Under the pieces are notes generated by a model. That model saw only the letters and a list, made by a program, of their open reading frames with translations, was not told where the DNA came from and did not search any database. The position numbers were made by a program, and so were the translations under genes. DNA of 64,000 nucleotides from Eledone cirrhosa (taxonomy: Eukaryota): assembly GCA_964016885.1 (NCBI GenBank), contig OZ024766.1, forward strand, positions 6,820,001 through 6,884,000. The letters run 5' to 3'. This document shows positions 39,075-50,660 of the stretch, one piece after another; the stretch's first letter is position 1, and every line of letters begins with the position of its first letter.

Positions 39075-39199
39075 TCTTTTCCTCTCTCTCTCTCTCATTG
39101 TCTTTCTCTTACTCTCTCTTTCTCTTACTGTCTCTTTCTCTCTCTCTATATATATATTTCTCTCTCTCTATATCTCTCTCTCTCATTGTCTTTCTCTTA

Positions 39200-39277
<78 letters not shown>

Positions 39278-39295
39278 CTCTCTCTATCTCTGTTC

Positions 39296-39334
<39 letters not shown>

Positions 39335-39846
39335 GTCTTTCTCTTACGCTCTCTCTCTCTCTCTGCCTCTCTGCCTCTATCTCTGTTCTTTTCCTCTCTC
39401 TCTCTCTTCCTCATTTCTCTCTCTCTTTCTCTCTTCCTCATTTCTCTCTCTCTTTCTCTCTTCCTCATTTCTCTCTCTCTTACTCTCTCTCTGCCTCTAT
39501 CTCTGTCCTTTTCCTCTCTCTCTCTCTCTTACTCTCTATTACTCTCTCTCTCACTCATTGTCTCTCTCTCTTCCTCATTTCTCTCTCTGTCTCTTACTCA
39601 TTTCTCTCTCTCTGTCCTTTTCCTCTCTCTCTCTCTCTCACTATCCTTTCCCTTCATAAATTCTGCTGAGATTTGAGATTTGCAGGAATGGTGAGAAATT
39701 GGTGAAGGGAAGGATGACTTGAGTAATTTAAGCTGTATGTGAATATATATATATGTGTATATATATATATATGTGTGTATATATATATATATGTGTGTAT
39801 ATATATATATAATATATGTGTGTGTCTATATATATTCTTTGTTCCC

Positions 39847-39897
<51 letters not shown>

Positions 39898-39924
39898 ATA
39901 TATCTATATATATTCTTTGTTCCC

Positions 39925-39973
<49 letters not shown>

Positions 39974-40014
39974 ATATATCTATATATATTCTTTGTTCCC
40001 TTAATATATAGGTA

Positions 40015-40072
<58 letters not shown>

Positions 40073-40160
40073 ATATTGGGTCTGTCAAGTATAAAATTTG
40101 TAGAAATTTGTTTTTTTTCTACAAATTTTATACTTGGGAACCCAATATATATATATTTGT

Positions 40161-40230
<70 letters not shown>

Positions 40231-40349
40231 AATTTAGACAAAGAGATTATATTTCCATATACATACCACACACACACATATATATATATACATATATATG
40301 TATATATATATATATACATATATATGTATATATATATATATATACATAT

Positions 40350-40403
<54 letters not shown>

Positions 40404-40698
40404 GCATATATATATATATGTGTGTGTGTGTCTCCCCATTCCTAGTTTCGGGTCTGACCTTCTTTTGGTAGGGTATATGTCTCTCACACAGACATATACC
40501 TACATACATATATGTCTGTGTGTATGTGTGTCTGTGTGTGTGTATATATGTATATATGCGTATGTGTGTCTATGTGTATGTGTGTATGTCTGTGTGTGTG
40601 TATGTATGTGTGTGTGTGGCAGTGTTGCTTCTGTATAAACAACCAATCTCTCCACACTTTTCACACAGATAGTCACAGCCAACTCATGACAGACAGAC

Positions 40699-40734
<36 letters not shown>

Positions 40735-40789
40735 AGAGAGAGAGAGAGACATATACAGTATATAGAGACATATATATATATATATATAT

Positions 40790-40840
40790 AGATTCCTGAT
40801 GATTTCTAAAGAATGAAACAGTTCTAGTCCTGTAGAATCT
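40790..40840 (+). ncRNA. Type I hammerhead ribozyme motif with a full stem III, sense strand of laminin intron 1
   Basis: AGATTC-CTGATGA-T TTC TAAA GAA T-GAAA-CAG TTCTAGTC CTG TA-GAATCT: 6-bp stem I, 4-bp stem III, GUA triplet ending at 40834. Confidence 0.78.
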
Positions 40841-40923
40841 CATCTATATTAAAACTTTTATACTCTGCAATGTATTGAGTACCTTACTTACTGTGGTTAC
40901 CTCCGATTCAACCCGGAATAACG

Positions 40924-40954
<31 letters not shown>

Positions 40955-41300
40955 GTCTCTCTCTCTATATATATATATATAGACATATACAGTATATATA
41001 TATATAGAGAGAGAGAGACATATATATATATATATAGACATATATATATATATATAAAGACATATATATATATATAGACATATATATATATATATATAAA
41101 GACATATATATATATAGACACACACATATATATATATATATATAGACATATATATATATATATATAGACATATATAGACATATATATAGACATACACACA
41201 CATATATGCGAGCAAGACAACCACTCTTGCCTCAAGTGGGAAAACCCCCGTCCAAACCCATGCAAGCGTGGAACACGGACGCTAAACCTGATGATGATGA

Positions 41301-41335
<35 letters not shown>

Positions 41336-41382
41336 GACATAAATATACATTTATATGTATATATAGACACATATACACTTTG

Positions 41383-41413
<31 letters not shown>

Positions 41414-41509
41414 AGTGTGAGTTTGTGTGTATATATATATATATATTTACATACATACACACAAACTCACATTTCTCTCTCTATATATATACACCCACAT
41501 TCACACACA

Positions 41510-41585
41510 CAGGGTGTCCCTCAAAAATGCATATACACCTCAACAACATTCTAATGAATGTATGTATACATTTTTGTGGGACACC
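41510..41585. mobile_element. Small Tc1/mariner-type MITE remnant
   Basis: Terminal inverted repeats CAGGGTGTCCCTCAAAAATG / CATTTTTGTGGGACACC. Confidence 0.6.
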
Positions 41586-42491
41586 ATATATATATATATA
41601 TATCTGTCTCACCCTTTCTTGCTTGACATTTATCACACACCACCACCACTATCACCCCCACACACACACACACCCCACACACACCACCACCACCACCACA
41701 CCCCACACCACCACCACTACACCACCAGCGCCACCACACCACCACTACACCACCACCACCACACCACCACTACACCACCACCACTACACCACCACTACAC
41801 CACCACCACCACCACACCACCACCACACCACGACCACCACCACACCACCACCACCACCACACCACCACTACACCACCACACCACCACCACCACACCACCA
41901 CCACTACACCACCACACCACCACACCACCACCACACCACCACACCACCACCACTACACCACCACACCACCACACCACCACACCACCACCACACCACCACC
42001 ACACCACCACCACCACTACACCACCACACCACCACCACCACACCACCACCACTACACCACCACACCACCACCACACCACCACCACACCACCACACCACCA
42101 CCACTACACCACCACACCACCACACCACCACTACATCACCATCTGTTAAATCAGAACTCATTTCACAGTAATTTTATAATTATATGTTAATTAAAATTGT
42201 TGCTAATTACGTGTGTTTAATTGTCTCTGTGTGTGTGTGTATGTGTGTCTGCGTGTGTAATTTTGTGTGTGTATATATATATGTGTGTGTGTGTATATAT
42301 ATATATGTATATATATATGTGTGTGTGTGTATATATATATATGTGTGTGTGTATATATATATGTGTGTGTGTGTGTATATATATATATGTATATATATGT
42401 GTGTGTGTATATATATATATATATATGTGTGTGTGTATATATATATATATATGTGTGTGTATATATATATATATATGTGTGTGTGTCTGTG

Positions 42492-42546
<55 letters not shown>

Positions 42547-43107
42547 GTGTGTGTGTGTGTATATATATGTGTGTGTGTATATATATATATGTGTGTGTGT
42601 GTGTGCCTGTTTGTTTGTCTAATTGTGTATGTATGTGTGTGCCTGTTTGTCTAATTATGTATGTATGTGTGTGCCTGTTTGTTTATCTAATTATGTATGT
42701 ATGCGTGTGTGTGCATGTTAGTCTAATTATGTATGTATGTGTGTGTGTGTGTGTGCGTGCCTGTTAGTCTAATTATGTGTGTGTGTGTGTGTATGTGCCT
42801 GTTAGTCTAATTAAGTATATACGTGTATGTAAGTATATATATATATGTCTATAATTACATTTATCTGTCTGTGTGTGTATTTAAATTGTTTTTTCCTTAA
42901 AACTCCAGCATGGTCTTTTTCATGGTCGGGAATTATCATGCAGGAGTTTTAACAAAATAACAATTTAACCTCATAACAAATGTTTTGAAGATGCAAGGCA
43001 GAGAAAGCAGGCTTTGCTACCTTCAGTTTGTTGTACATGTTATACAGATCCTATATATATATATATGTATATGTGTATATATATATGTGTATGTGTATAT
43101 ATATATA

Positions 43108-43176
<69 letters not shown>

Positions 43177-43180
43177 GTAT

Positions 43181-43360
43181 AGGAACGAGTAGGACCCCGA
43201 CGGCAGAGCTCAAGCCGTTTCGACGGCTAATTTAGTCCAGAATTAGCCGTCGAAACGGCTTGAGCTCAGCTACTCGTTCCTATTACCCACTCTACTACCC
43301 TAAGTATTGAGTACTTTGGTGCGTTATGGTCCACCTGGTTCCTTACCACATTTCCTTCGT

Positions 43361-43361
<1 letters not shown>
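43181..43361 (+). mobile_element. Family P fold-back element
   Basis: Same head and tail as 1635-1821 with a short deletion in the right arm, flanked by (TA)n. Confidence 0.8.
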
Positions 43362-43399
<38 letters not shown>

Positions 43400-43608
43400 A
43401 AGCAAGTATTGCACCAAGAGAAATATAAACATTAGTGTGAAAGGAGATTAGGAATTCATTTGCTGTAACATATGTTTCTGTGTCGATTATAATTGTCTAC
43501 ATATTCTGACTACAGTATATATTGTTCAATCATATGTAATACTTATTTATTTATCACACTTTCATGAGAAAGCCTATAGTAGTGGAAGTGACTATTCACT
43601 ACATGGTA

Positions 43609-43668
<60 letters not shown>

Positions 43669-43840
43669 TGAACTCACACTCATACATGGAAAGGAGAATT
43701 GTAGTGGGGGGGGGGGGGGGCATTTGGTGCTCTCATCTTGTATACGTGTATGGTCTGTAGTGATGGCCTAATTTGGAAAGGAGTGGCATGAAGCAGTGAC
43801 TAGGTGCTATCATCTTATGTGTGTGAGTGTATATAAATGG

Positions 43841-43906
<66 letters not shown>

Positions 43907-44070
43907 ATGTGAGTGTATATGAAAGTGTTTCCTTTAAAGAATTCATCATCGGTCAATGAGTCAACTAAAATATGTCATACACAGAATGGTTTAAAATGGC
44001 CTCCTCTCGAATATATATATTGTCACTAAAGCTTTCTTATTATTATCAAGAAGAAGAAGGCAAATAATAA

Positions 44071-44342
44071 CTGTTTCTACTTTAGGGCACAAGGCCAGCA
44101 ATTACCCCAGTGTATTACTGGTACTTTATTTTATCAACCCTGTAATAATTGTTTCTACTTTAGGCACAAGGCCAGCAATTACCCCAGTGTATTACTGGTA
44201 CCCTTATTTTATCGACCCCTGTAAGGATGAAAGGCAAAGTCAACCTCGGTGGGATTTGAACTCAGAATGGCAAGGGCCGTAACTCTATGCGTCAAAGCAT
44301 GGCGTCCGACCCTCTACCGATACTGCCAATCCACCGCCCTTT
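44071..44342 (-). mobile_element. Full-length tRNA SINE family B with target-site duplication
   Basis: Minus-strand head GGCGGTGGATTGGCAGTATCGG..., B box GAGTTCAAATCC and a duplicated 77-bp 3' unit. Flanked by AGAAGGCAAATAATAA at 44055-44070 and 44343-44358. Confidence 0.85.
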
Positions 44343-44371
44343 AGAAGGCAAATAATAATAATTATTATTAT

Positions 44372-44818
44372 GCTGTGGATTGGCAGTATCGGTAGAGGGT
44401 CGGACGCCATGCTTTGACGCATAGAGTTACGGCCCTTGCCATTCTGAGTTCAAATCCTTCCGAGGTTAACTTTGCCTTTCATCCTTACGGAGGTCGATAA
44501 AATAAAGTACCAGTAATGCACTGGGGTAATTGCTGGCCTTGTGCCTAAAGTAGAAACAGTTATTACAGGGTTGATAAAATAAAGTACCAGTAATACACTG
44601 GGGTAATTGCTGGCCTTGTGCCTAAAGTAGAAACAGTTATATTTCTACTTTTTGGCACAGGGCCAAGCAATTATCCCAGTGTATTACTGGTACTTTTTTT
44701 AAATCGACCCGCGTAAGGATGAAAGGCAAAGTTAACCTCAAATCCCGCCGAGGTTAACTTTGCCTTTCATCCTTACAGGGTCGATAAGATTGAAGTACCA
44801 GTAATACACTGGGGTTGA
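44372..44818 (+). mobile_element. SINE family B copy (44372-44640, +) followed by two further fragments (44641-44737 -, 44738-44818 +)
   Basis: The head is the reverse complement of 44253-44333, and the fragments alternate in orientation. Confidence 0.8.
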
Positions 44819-45730
44819 TTTAAGGATGTTGGATTTCGTAATCATGAAGTTGTGAGTTCGATTCCTTAGACAGAATGGGTTGAAAAAAAAAATTTTTATT
44901 TTAATTTTTAAATAAATGAATAAATGATGATGATGTAGTGGTGGTGATGGTGGTGGTGGTGGTAGTGATGATGGTGGTGGTGGTGGTGGTGATGGTGATG
45001 TCGGTGGTGGTGGTGGTGGTGATGGTGGTGGTGATAATGGTGGTGGTGATGATGGTGATGTCGGTGGTGGTGGTGGTGGTGATGGTGGTGGTGGTGATGA
45101 TGGTGATGTCGGTGGTGGTGGTGGTGATGATGGTGGTGGTGATGATGGTGGTGGTGATGGTGATGGTGGTGATGGTGGTGGTGATGATGGTGGTGGTGAT
45201 GATGATGATGGTGGTGATGGTGGTGGTGATGATGGTGATGTCGGTGGTGGTGGTGGTGATGGTGATGGTGGTGGTGGTGGTGGTGGTGGTGGTGATGGTG
45301 GTGGTGGTGGTGGTGGTGATGTCGGTGGTGGTGGTGGTGATGGTGGTGGTGGTGGTGGTGGTGATGTCGGTGGTGGTGGTGGTGATGGTGATGGTGGTGG
45401 TGGTGGTGATGGTGGTGATGATAATGAAGGTGGTGGTGGTGATGTCGGTGGCGATGATGGTGGTGGTGGTGGTGGTAGTGATGATGGTGGTGGTGGTGGT
45501 GGTGATGATGATAATGAAGGTGGTGGTGGTGGTGGTGGTGATGTCGGTGGTGATGATGGTGGTGGTGGTAGTGATGATGTTGATGATGATATAGCCCCAC
45601 CCCTTCCGAATTTATCATCCCCACCGCCGCCGCTACCTGCAACCCCCCTCCCCCGCGCCACCCACCCATCAAAAAAGGAGGAGGTTGCCTAGAGGTCAAA
45701 TATTTGAAATAACTTCAGGATTCTATCTTA

Positions 45731-45749
45731 CTCCACCAGATGGCAGCTG
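45731..45749 (+). promoter_or_regulatory. Candidate CTCF-binding site
   Basis: CTCCACCAGATGGCAGCTG closely matches the CCACCAG[AG][GT]GGC[AG] core and lies in a unique island of intron 1. Confidence 0.4.
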
Positions 45750-45870
45750 TGGTATGTCTTGAAATAGTGTGTGTGGGGGGCGGGGGGGGGGGGGTATGGA
45801 TGGTGGGGACAGGCCCATCATCATCATCATCACTAACAAATATCACCACCAGCAATATCATCATGCCATG

Positions 45871-46604
45871 TATTTGAGGGAGATTTGGCTGCTATTTCTA
45901 CCAGGTCTATCTACCACATAGAGGTCTTCCTGTATACATAAGACAGTAGGGTGTTATTTGAGGGAGATTTGGCTGCTATTTCTACCAGGTCTATCTACCA
46001 CATAGAGGTCTTCCTGTATACATAAGACAGTAGGGTGTTATTTGAGGGAGATTTGGCTGCTATTTCTACCAGGTCTAGCTACCACATAGAGGTCTTCCTG
46101 TATACATAAGACAGTAGGGTGTGATTTGAGGGAGATTTGGCTGCTATTTCTACCAGGTCTATCTACCACATAGAGGTCTTCCTGTATACATAAGACAGTA
46201 GGGTGTTATTTGAGGGAGATTTGGCTGCTATTTCTAGCAGATCTAGCTACCACATAGAGGTCTTCCTGTATACATAAGACAGTAGGGTGTTATTTGAGGG
46301 AGATTTGGCTGCTATTTCTACCAGGTCTAGCTACCACATAGAGGTCTTCCTGTATACATAAGACAGTAGGGTGTTATTTGAGGGAGATTTGGCTGCTATT
46401 TCTACCAGGTCTAGCTACCATGTAGAGGTCTCCCTGTATACATAAGACAGTAGGGTGTGATTTGAGGGAGATTTGGCTGCTATTTCTACCAGGTCTAGCT
46501 ACCATGTAGAGGTCTCCCTGTATACATAAGACAGTAGGGTGTTATTTGAGGGAGATTTGGCTGCTATTTCTAGCAGATCTAGCTACCATGTAGAGGTCTC
46601 CCTG
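45871..46604. repeat. 84-bp tandem repeat, about 8.7 copies
   Basis: Unit TATTTGAGGGAGATTTGGCTGCTATTTCTACCAGGTCTA...AAGACAGTAGGGTGT with period 84 (45871, 45955, ...). Confidence 0.9.
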
Positions 46605-46907
46605 CACGCAAAACAAGGGGTAGAGATGGTGTGGTGAGGTGTGGTGTAGAGATGGTGTGGTCAAGTGGAGGCCTAGTGGGGTGTGGTGTGGTGTGGAGTC
46701 CATCTGTGTCAATAGCTCTTCACTTGACATTAAGTAGGGCAATTGTTTCTGTTCAGGGGGGGAGGAAGTGACCAAGGACTGGGGGGGGGGGTAGTGGAGG
46801 GGGGGGGGTAGTGGAGGGGGGGGGGGGCGTGGTGGTACATTATATATATCTGTGTCTGTGTGTGTGAGTATATATATGTATATATATGTGTGTGTAGTGT
46901 ATATATT

Positions 46908-46938
<31 letters not shown>

Positions 46939-47129
46939 ATGTGGGTGTGTATATATATATATGTATATATTAGGTGTATATATTTATATATATGTGTATA
47001 TGTATGTGTGAGTGTGGGTGTGTATATATATATATACACACACACACAACTATATATATAGTTGTGTGTGTGTGTAGTGTATATTATATATATATATATG
47101 TAAAATGATGATGTGTGTGCAGTGTATAT

Positions 47130-47165
<36 letters not shown>

Positions 47166-47180
47166 GGGTATATATATACA

Positions 47181-47457
47181 TCAATTCTCAGACTTGGTGA
47201 TGTGTTGTTTCCTTGAGCAAGACACTTTATTTCACATTGCTCCAGTTTACTCAGCTGTAGAAATGAGATAATAGGGACTGGGGTCCCTATCATTCCACTG
47301 CAAAGTGGTCGTGGAGGTGCCACGGCAAAAAAGCACCCAGCACTCACTGTAAATGAGGTTGGTGTTAGGAAGGGCATCCTGCTGTAGAAATCAAGCCAGA
47401 ATCAGTTCCCGTCCCACCCTGGCAAGCAGGGAAAAAGCGGATGTAAAATGATGATGA
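47181..47457 (+). mobile_element. CORE-type SINE family A, 5'-truncated
   Basis: Runs from the B-box remnant to the (TGA)n tail. Confidence 0.85.
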
Positions 47458-47460
47458 TAT

Positions 47461-47609
47461 CAAAGTTCTTTCATCACACATCTGTGACATCAACAGTGGT
47501 ACTATTATGTTTCCTCCTGTTGTATTCTAATGGAATAGACATTACAATACAACAGGAGGAAACAATAGTATGACTGGTGATGTCAAAGGTGTGTGATGAA
47601 AGAACTTTG
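47461..47609. repeat. Palindrome (~70-bp arms) made of two divergent, degenerate hammerhead elements of the 21676 family
   Basis: Read outward, both arms give CTG(T/G)TGA-TGTCA..GTGAT-GAAA-GAACTTTG; the loop is GAATAGA. Confidence 0.7.
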
Positions 47610-47684
47610 GGAGACTATATATATATATATATATATATAGTGACGAAACATAAGTCAATTGCATGAACTCATAATCCTTTATTT

Positions 47685-47742
47685 ACTGCTATATATATAT
47701 TTCAATGATAGCCATTGAATGGCTATGACCTCATCAGGCAGT
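47685..47742 (-). ncRNA. Type I hammerhead ribozyme motif
   Basis: Minus strand ACTGC-CTGATGA-GGTCATAGCCAT TCA ATGGCTATCATT-GAAA-TATATATATA-GCAGT followed by AATAAA: 5-bp stem I, long stem II, AUA triplet. Confidence 0.75.
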
Positions 47743-47836
47743 TAGTCAGTTCTTAGATATGCCAGCTCTGTGTGTATAGTGTTGATGGTATCAGAGCCTT
47801 GGGACATATATAGTCTCCCAAAGTTCTTTCTTGTGA

Positions 47837-47868
<32 letters not shown>

Positions 47869-48117
47869 TGGTTTGTTTTTATCCTTCTATGTTGTTCACT
47901 TGTCCCCCTCGCTTTACGCGATTTACTGGTCCCAATAACTTTTTTTACCTTATTGCTCGCACCAACCTGAGGTGTCTGATTTTTAATGCGATGAAATACC
48001 AATGATGGTTGGAAAATCACTGACGAAGGACTATTTTTATCATATGTAACCCATGTACAAACCACACAGTATTCTTCTTTCTTCTCATGTTTTTTAAATA
48101 TATATATATATATATAT

Positions 48118-48406
48118 GAAGGCACATGGCTTAGTGGTTAGAGCATTGGCCTTGCAATCGAAAGGTTGTGAGTTCAATTCTCAGACCTCCAGTTTACTCA
48201 GCTGTAGAAATGAAATGATAGGGACTGGGGTCCCTATCATTCTACTGTAAGGTGGTCGTGGAGGTGCCACGGCAAAAAAGCACCCAGCACTCACTGTAAA
48301 TGAGGTTGGTGTTAGGAAGGGCATCCAGCTGTAGAAATCAAGCCAGAATCAGTTCCTGTCCCACCCTTGCAAGCAGGGAAAAAGCGGACGTAAAATGAAA
48401 TGATGA
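48118..48406 (+). mobile_element. SINE family A with part of the CORE deleted
   Basis: The head is joined directly to CTCCAGTTTACTCAGCTG. The element ends about 65 bp upstream of the exon 2 acceptor. Confidence 0.85.
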
Positions 48407-48470
48407 TATATATATACACACACACACACACATACATATTTATAATGGTTTTCTCTCTTTCATTCTCCAG

Positions 48471-48707
48471 GAATTCCTAGTGGTTTATGTATTTATCAAG
48501 ATGGCGAATTCCCCTCGGCCGGGAGTCTGGGCTCTCGAGAAATCCATCGATTTTGGTAAAACCTGGCACCCTTGGCAGTATTTTGCCGGAAACCCGAATG
48601 AATGTCTACAATTCTTCAACACGTCGTCCTCTGTAGTACCTGATGATGATGATGAAGTGATATGCACCACAAAATTTTCTAAAGTTGTTCCTCTAGAAAA
48701 CGGCGAG
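48471..48707 (+). CDS. LanA: Laminin subunit alpha (LanA type), second coding exon (LN domain)
   Basis: Acceptor TTCTCTCTTTCATTCTCCAG| at 48470 and donor GAG|GTAGGT at 48708. The exon is 237 bp, phase 0-0, and reads EFLVVYVFIKMANSPRPGVWALEKSIDFGKTWHPWQYFAG...CTTKFSKVVPLENGE, continuing exon 1 in frame as in LAMA5-type chains. Confidence 0.93.
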
Positions 48708-48873
48708 GTAGGTAAAAGTAAATGTAGACCTAAACAACCCACATGAATAGTAGGGCTTTTGTTTGGGTTTGTGTTGTTGTTTTTTTTTGTTTCATATGTG
48801 TATGTGAATATATACATATGTGTGTGTGTATATATATATATATACATATGTATATATGTGTGTATATATATAT

Positions 48874-50399
48874 GGAGGCATGTGGCCTAGTGGTAAGAGT
48901 GTTGGACTTACGATCATGGGTTGTGTGTTGTGTTCTTGAGCAAAACACTTCATTTCACGTTGCTCCAGTATACTCAGCTGAAAATGAGTACCAGTAATAG
49001 CTGGAGGTTTAACCCTGTGATGGACTGGTATCCTGTCCAGGGAGAAGTCTTGTACTCTCAGTCACTTAACACCAATGAAACTAAGACATACTTTAACCCT
49101 GTGATGGACTGGTGTCCTGTCCAGGGGGAAGTCTTGTACTCTCAGTCGCTTAACACCAATGAAACTAAGACAGACTTTAACCCTGTGATGGACTGGTGTC
49201 CTGTCCAGGGGGAAGTCTTGTACTCTCAGTCACTTAACACCAATGAAACTAAGACAGACTTTAACCCTATGATGGACTGGTGTCCTGTCCAGGGGGAAGT
49301 CTTGTACTCTCAGTCACTTAACACCAATGAAACTAAGACAGACTTTAACCCTGTGATGGACTGGTGTCCTGTCCAGGGGGAAGTCTTGTACTCTCAGTCG
49401 CTTAACTCCAATGAAACTAAGACAGGCTTTAACCCTGTGATGGACTGGTGTCCTGTCCAGGGGGAAGTCTTGTACTCTCAGTCGCTTAACACCAATGAAA
49501 CTAAGACAGACTTTAACCCTGTGATGGACTGGTGTCCTGTCCAGGGGGAAGTCTTGTACTCTCAGTCACTTAACACCAATGAAACTAAGACAGACTTTAA
49601 CCCTGTGATGGACTGGTGTCCTGTCCAGGGGGAAGTCTTGTACTCTCAGTCGCTTAACTCCAATGAAACTAAGACAGGCTTTAACCCTGTGATGGACTGG
49701 TGTCCTGTCCAGGGGGAAGTCTTGTACTCTCAGTCACTTAACACCAATGAAACTAAGACAGACTTTAACCCTGTGATGGACTGGTGTCCTGTCCAGGGGG
49801 AAGTCTTGTACTCTCAGTCGCTTAACACCAATGAAACTAAGACAGACTTTAACCCTGTGATGGACAGGTGTCCTGTCCAGGGGGAAGTCTTCTACTCTCA
49901 GTCACTTAACACCAATGAAACTAAGACAGACTTTAACCCTGTGATGGACTGGTGTCCTGTCCAGGGGGAAGTCTTGTACTCTCAGTCACTTAACACCAAT
50001 GAAACTAAGACAGACTTTAACCCTGTGATGGACTGGTGTCCTGTCCAGGGGGAAGTCTTGTCCTCTCAGTCGCTTAACACCAATGAAACTAAGACAGACT
50101 TTAACCCTGTGATGGACTGGTGTCCTGTCCAGGGGGAAGTCTTGTATTCTCAGTCACTTAACACCAATGAAACTAAGACAGACTTTAACCCTGTGATGGA
50201 CTGGTGTCCTGTCCAGGGGGAAGTCTTGTATTCTCAGTCACTTAACACCAATGAAACTAAGACAGACTTTAACCCTGTGATGGACTGGTGTCCTGTCCAG
50301 GGGGGAGTCTTGTACTCTCAGTCGCTTCACGTCATGAAACCGGAATAAGCACTGCCTAATGAGCCTTCTGGCTTAAGACAGACTTTAGACTTTTTTTTT
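48874..50399 (+). mobile_element. Second CORE-type SINE (family C) containing a 15 x 84-bp tandem array
   Basis: A box TGGCCTAGTGG and CORE-like TTCTTGAGCAAAACACTT...CTCCAGTATACTCAGCTG. The unit TTTAACCCTGTGATGGACTGG...GAAACTAAGACAGAC runs from 49008 to 50267, followed by the authentic tail. Confidence 0.85.
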
Positions 50400-50502
50400 A
50401 GTATATGTATGTATATATATTTATATATAAAATCAAGGGCTAGTAAATAAAGAAAAAGTTTTAAAATAAATTTTTTTAAAATTCGCTGTACTTACTATAT
50501 GT

Positions 50503-50584
50503 GCCTTTACCGTGGTTTCATGCTCCAGAATAAACGGAAAATCCAAGCGGATTTCCATCGAGAAGGGAGCAATCTTCAGAAGGC
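50503..50584 (-). ncRNA. Type I hammerhead ribozyme motif with extended stem II
   Basis: Minus strand GCCTT-CTGAAGA-T TGCTCC...GGAGCA T-GAAA-CCACGGTA-AAGGC: 5-bp stem I, inner hairpin GGAAATCC/GGATTTTCC, GUA triplet. Confidence 0.78.
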
Positions 50585-50660
50585 TCTTCTCCCACGGAGA
50601 ATATAAATATATATATATATATATAAATATATGTATGTATATATATATATATATATTAAT

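Noticed and set aside
40076-40145. Small hairpins at 40076-40145 and 42883-42967 as miRNA precursors or terminators
   Set aside because: They are AT-rich inverted repeats with no further evidence and are more simply explained as fold-back element fragments.
48921-50348. 475-aa ORF of 28-aa repeats just after laminin exon 2
   Set aside because: It is the 84-bp SINE-derived array (unit divisible by 3, no stop) and has no laminin similarity.
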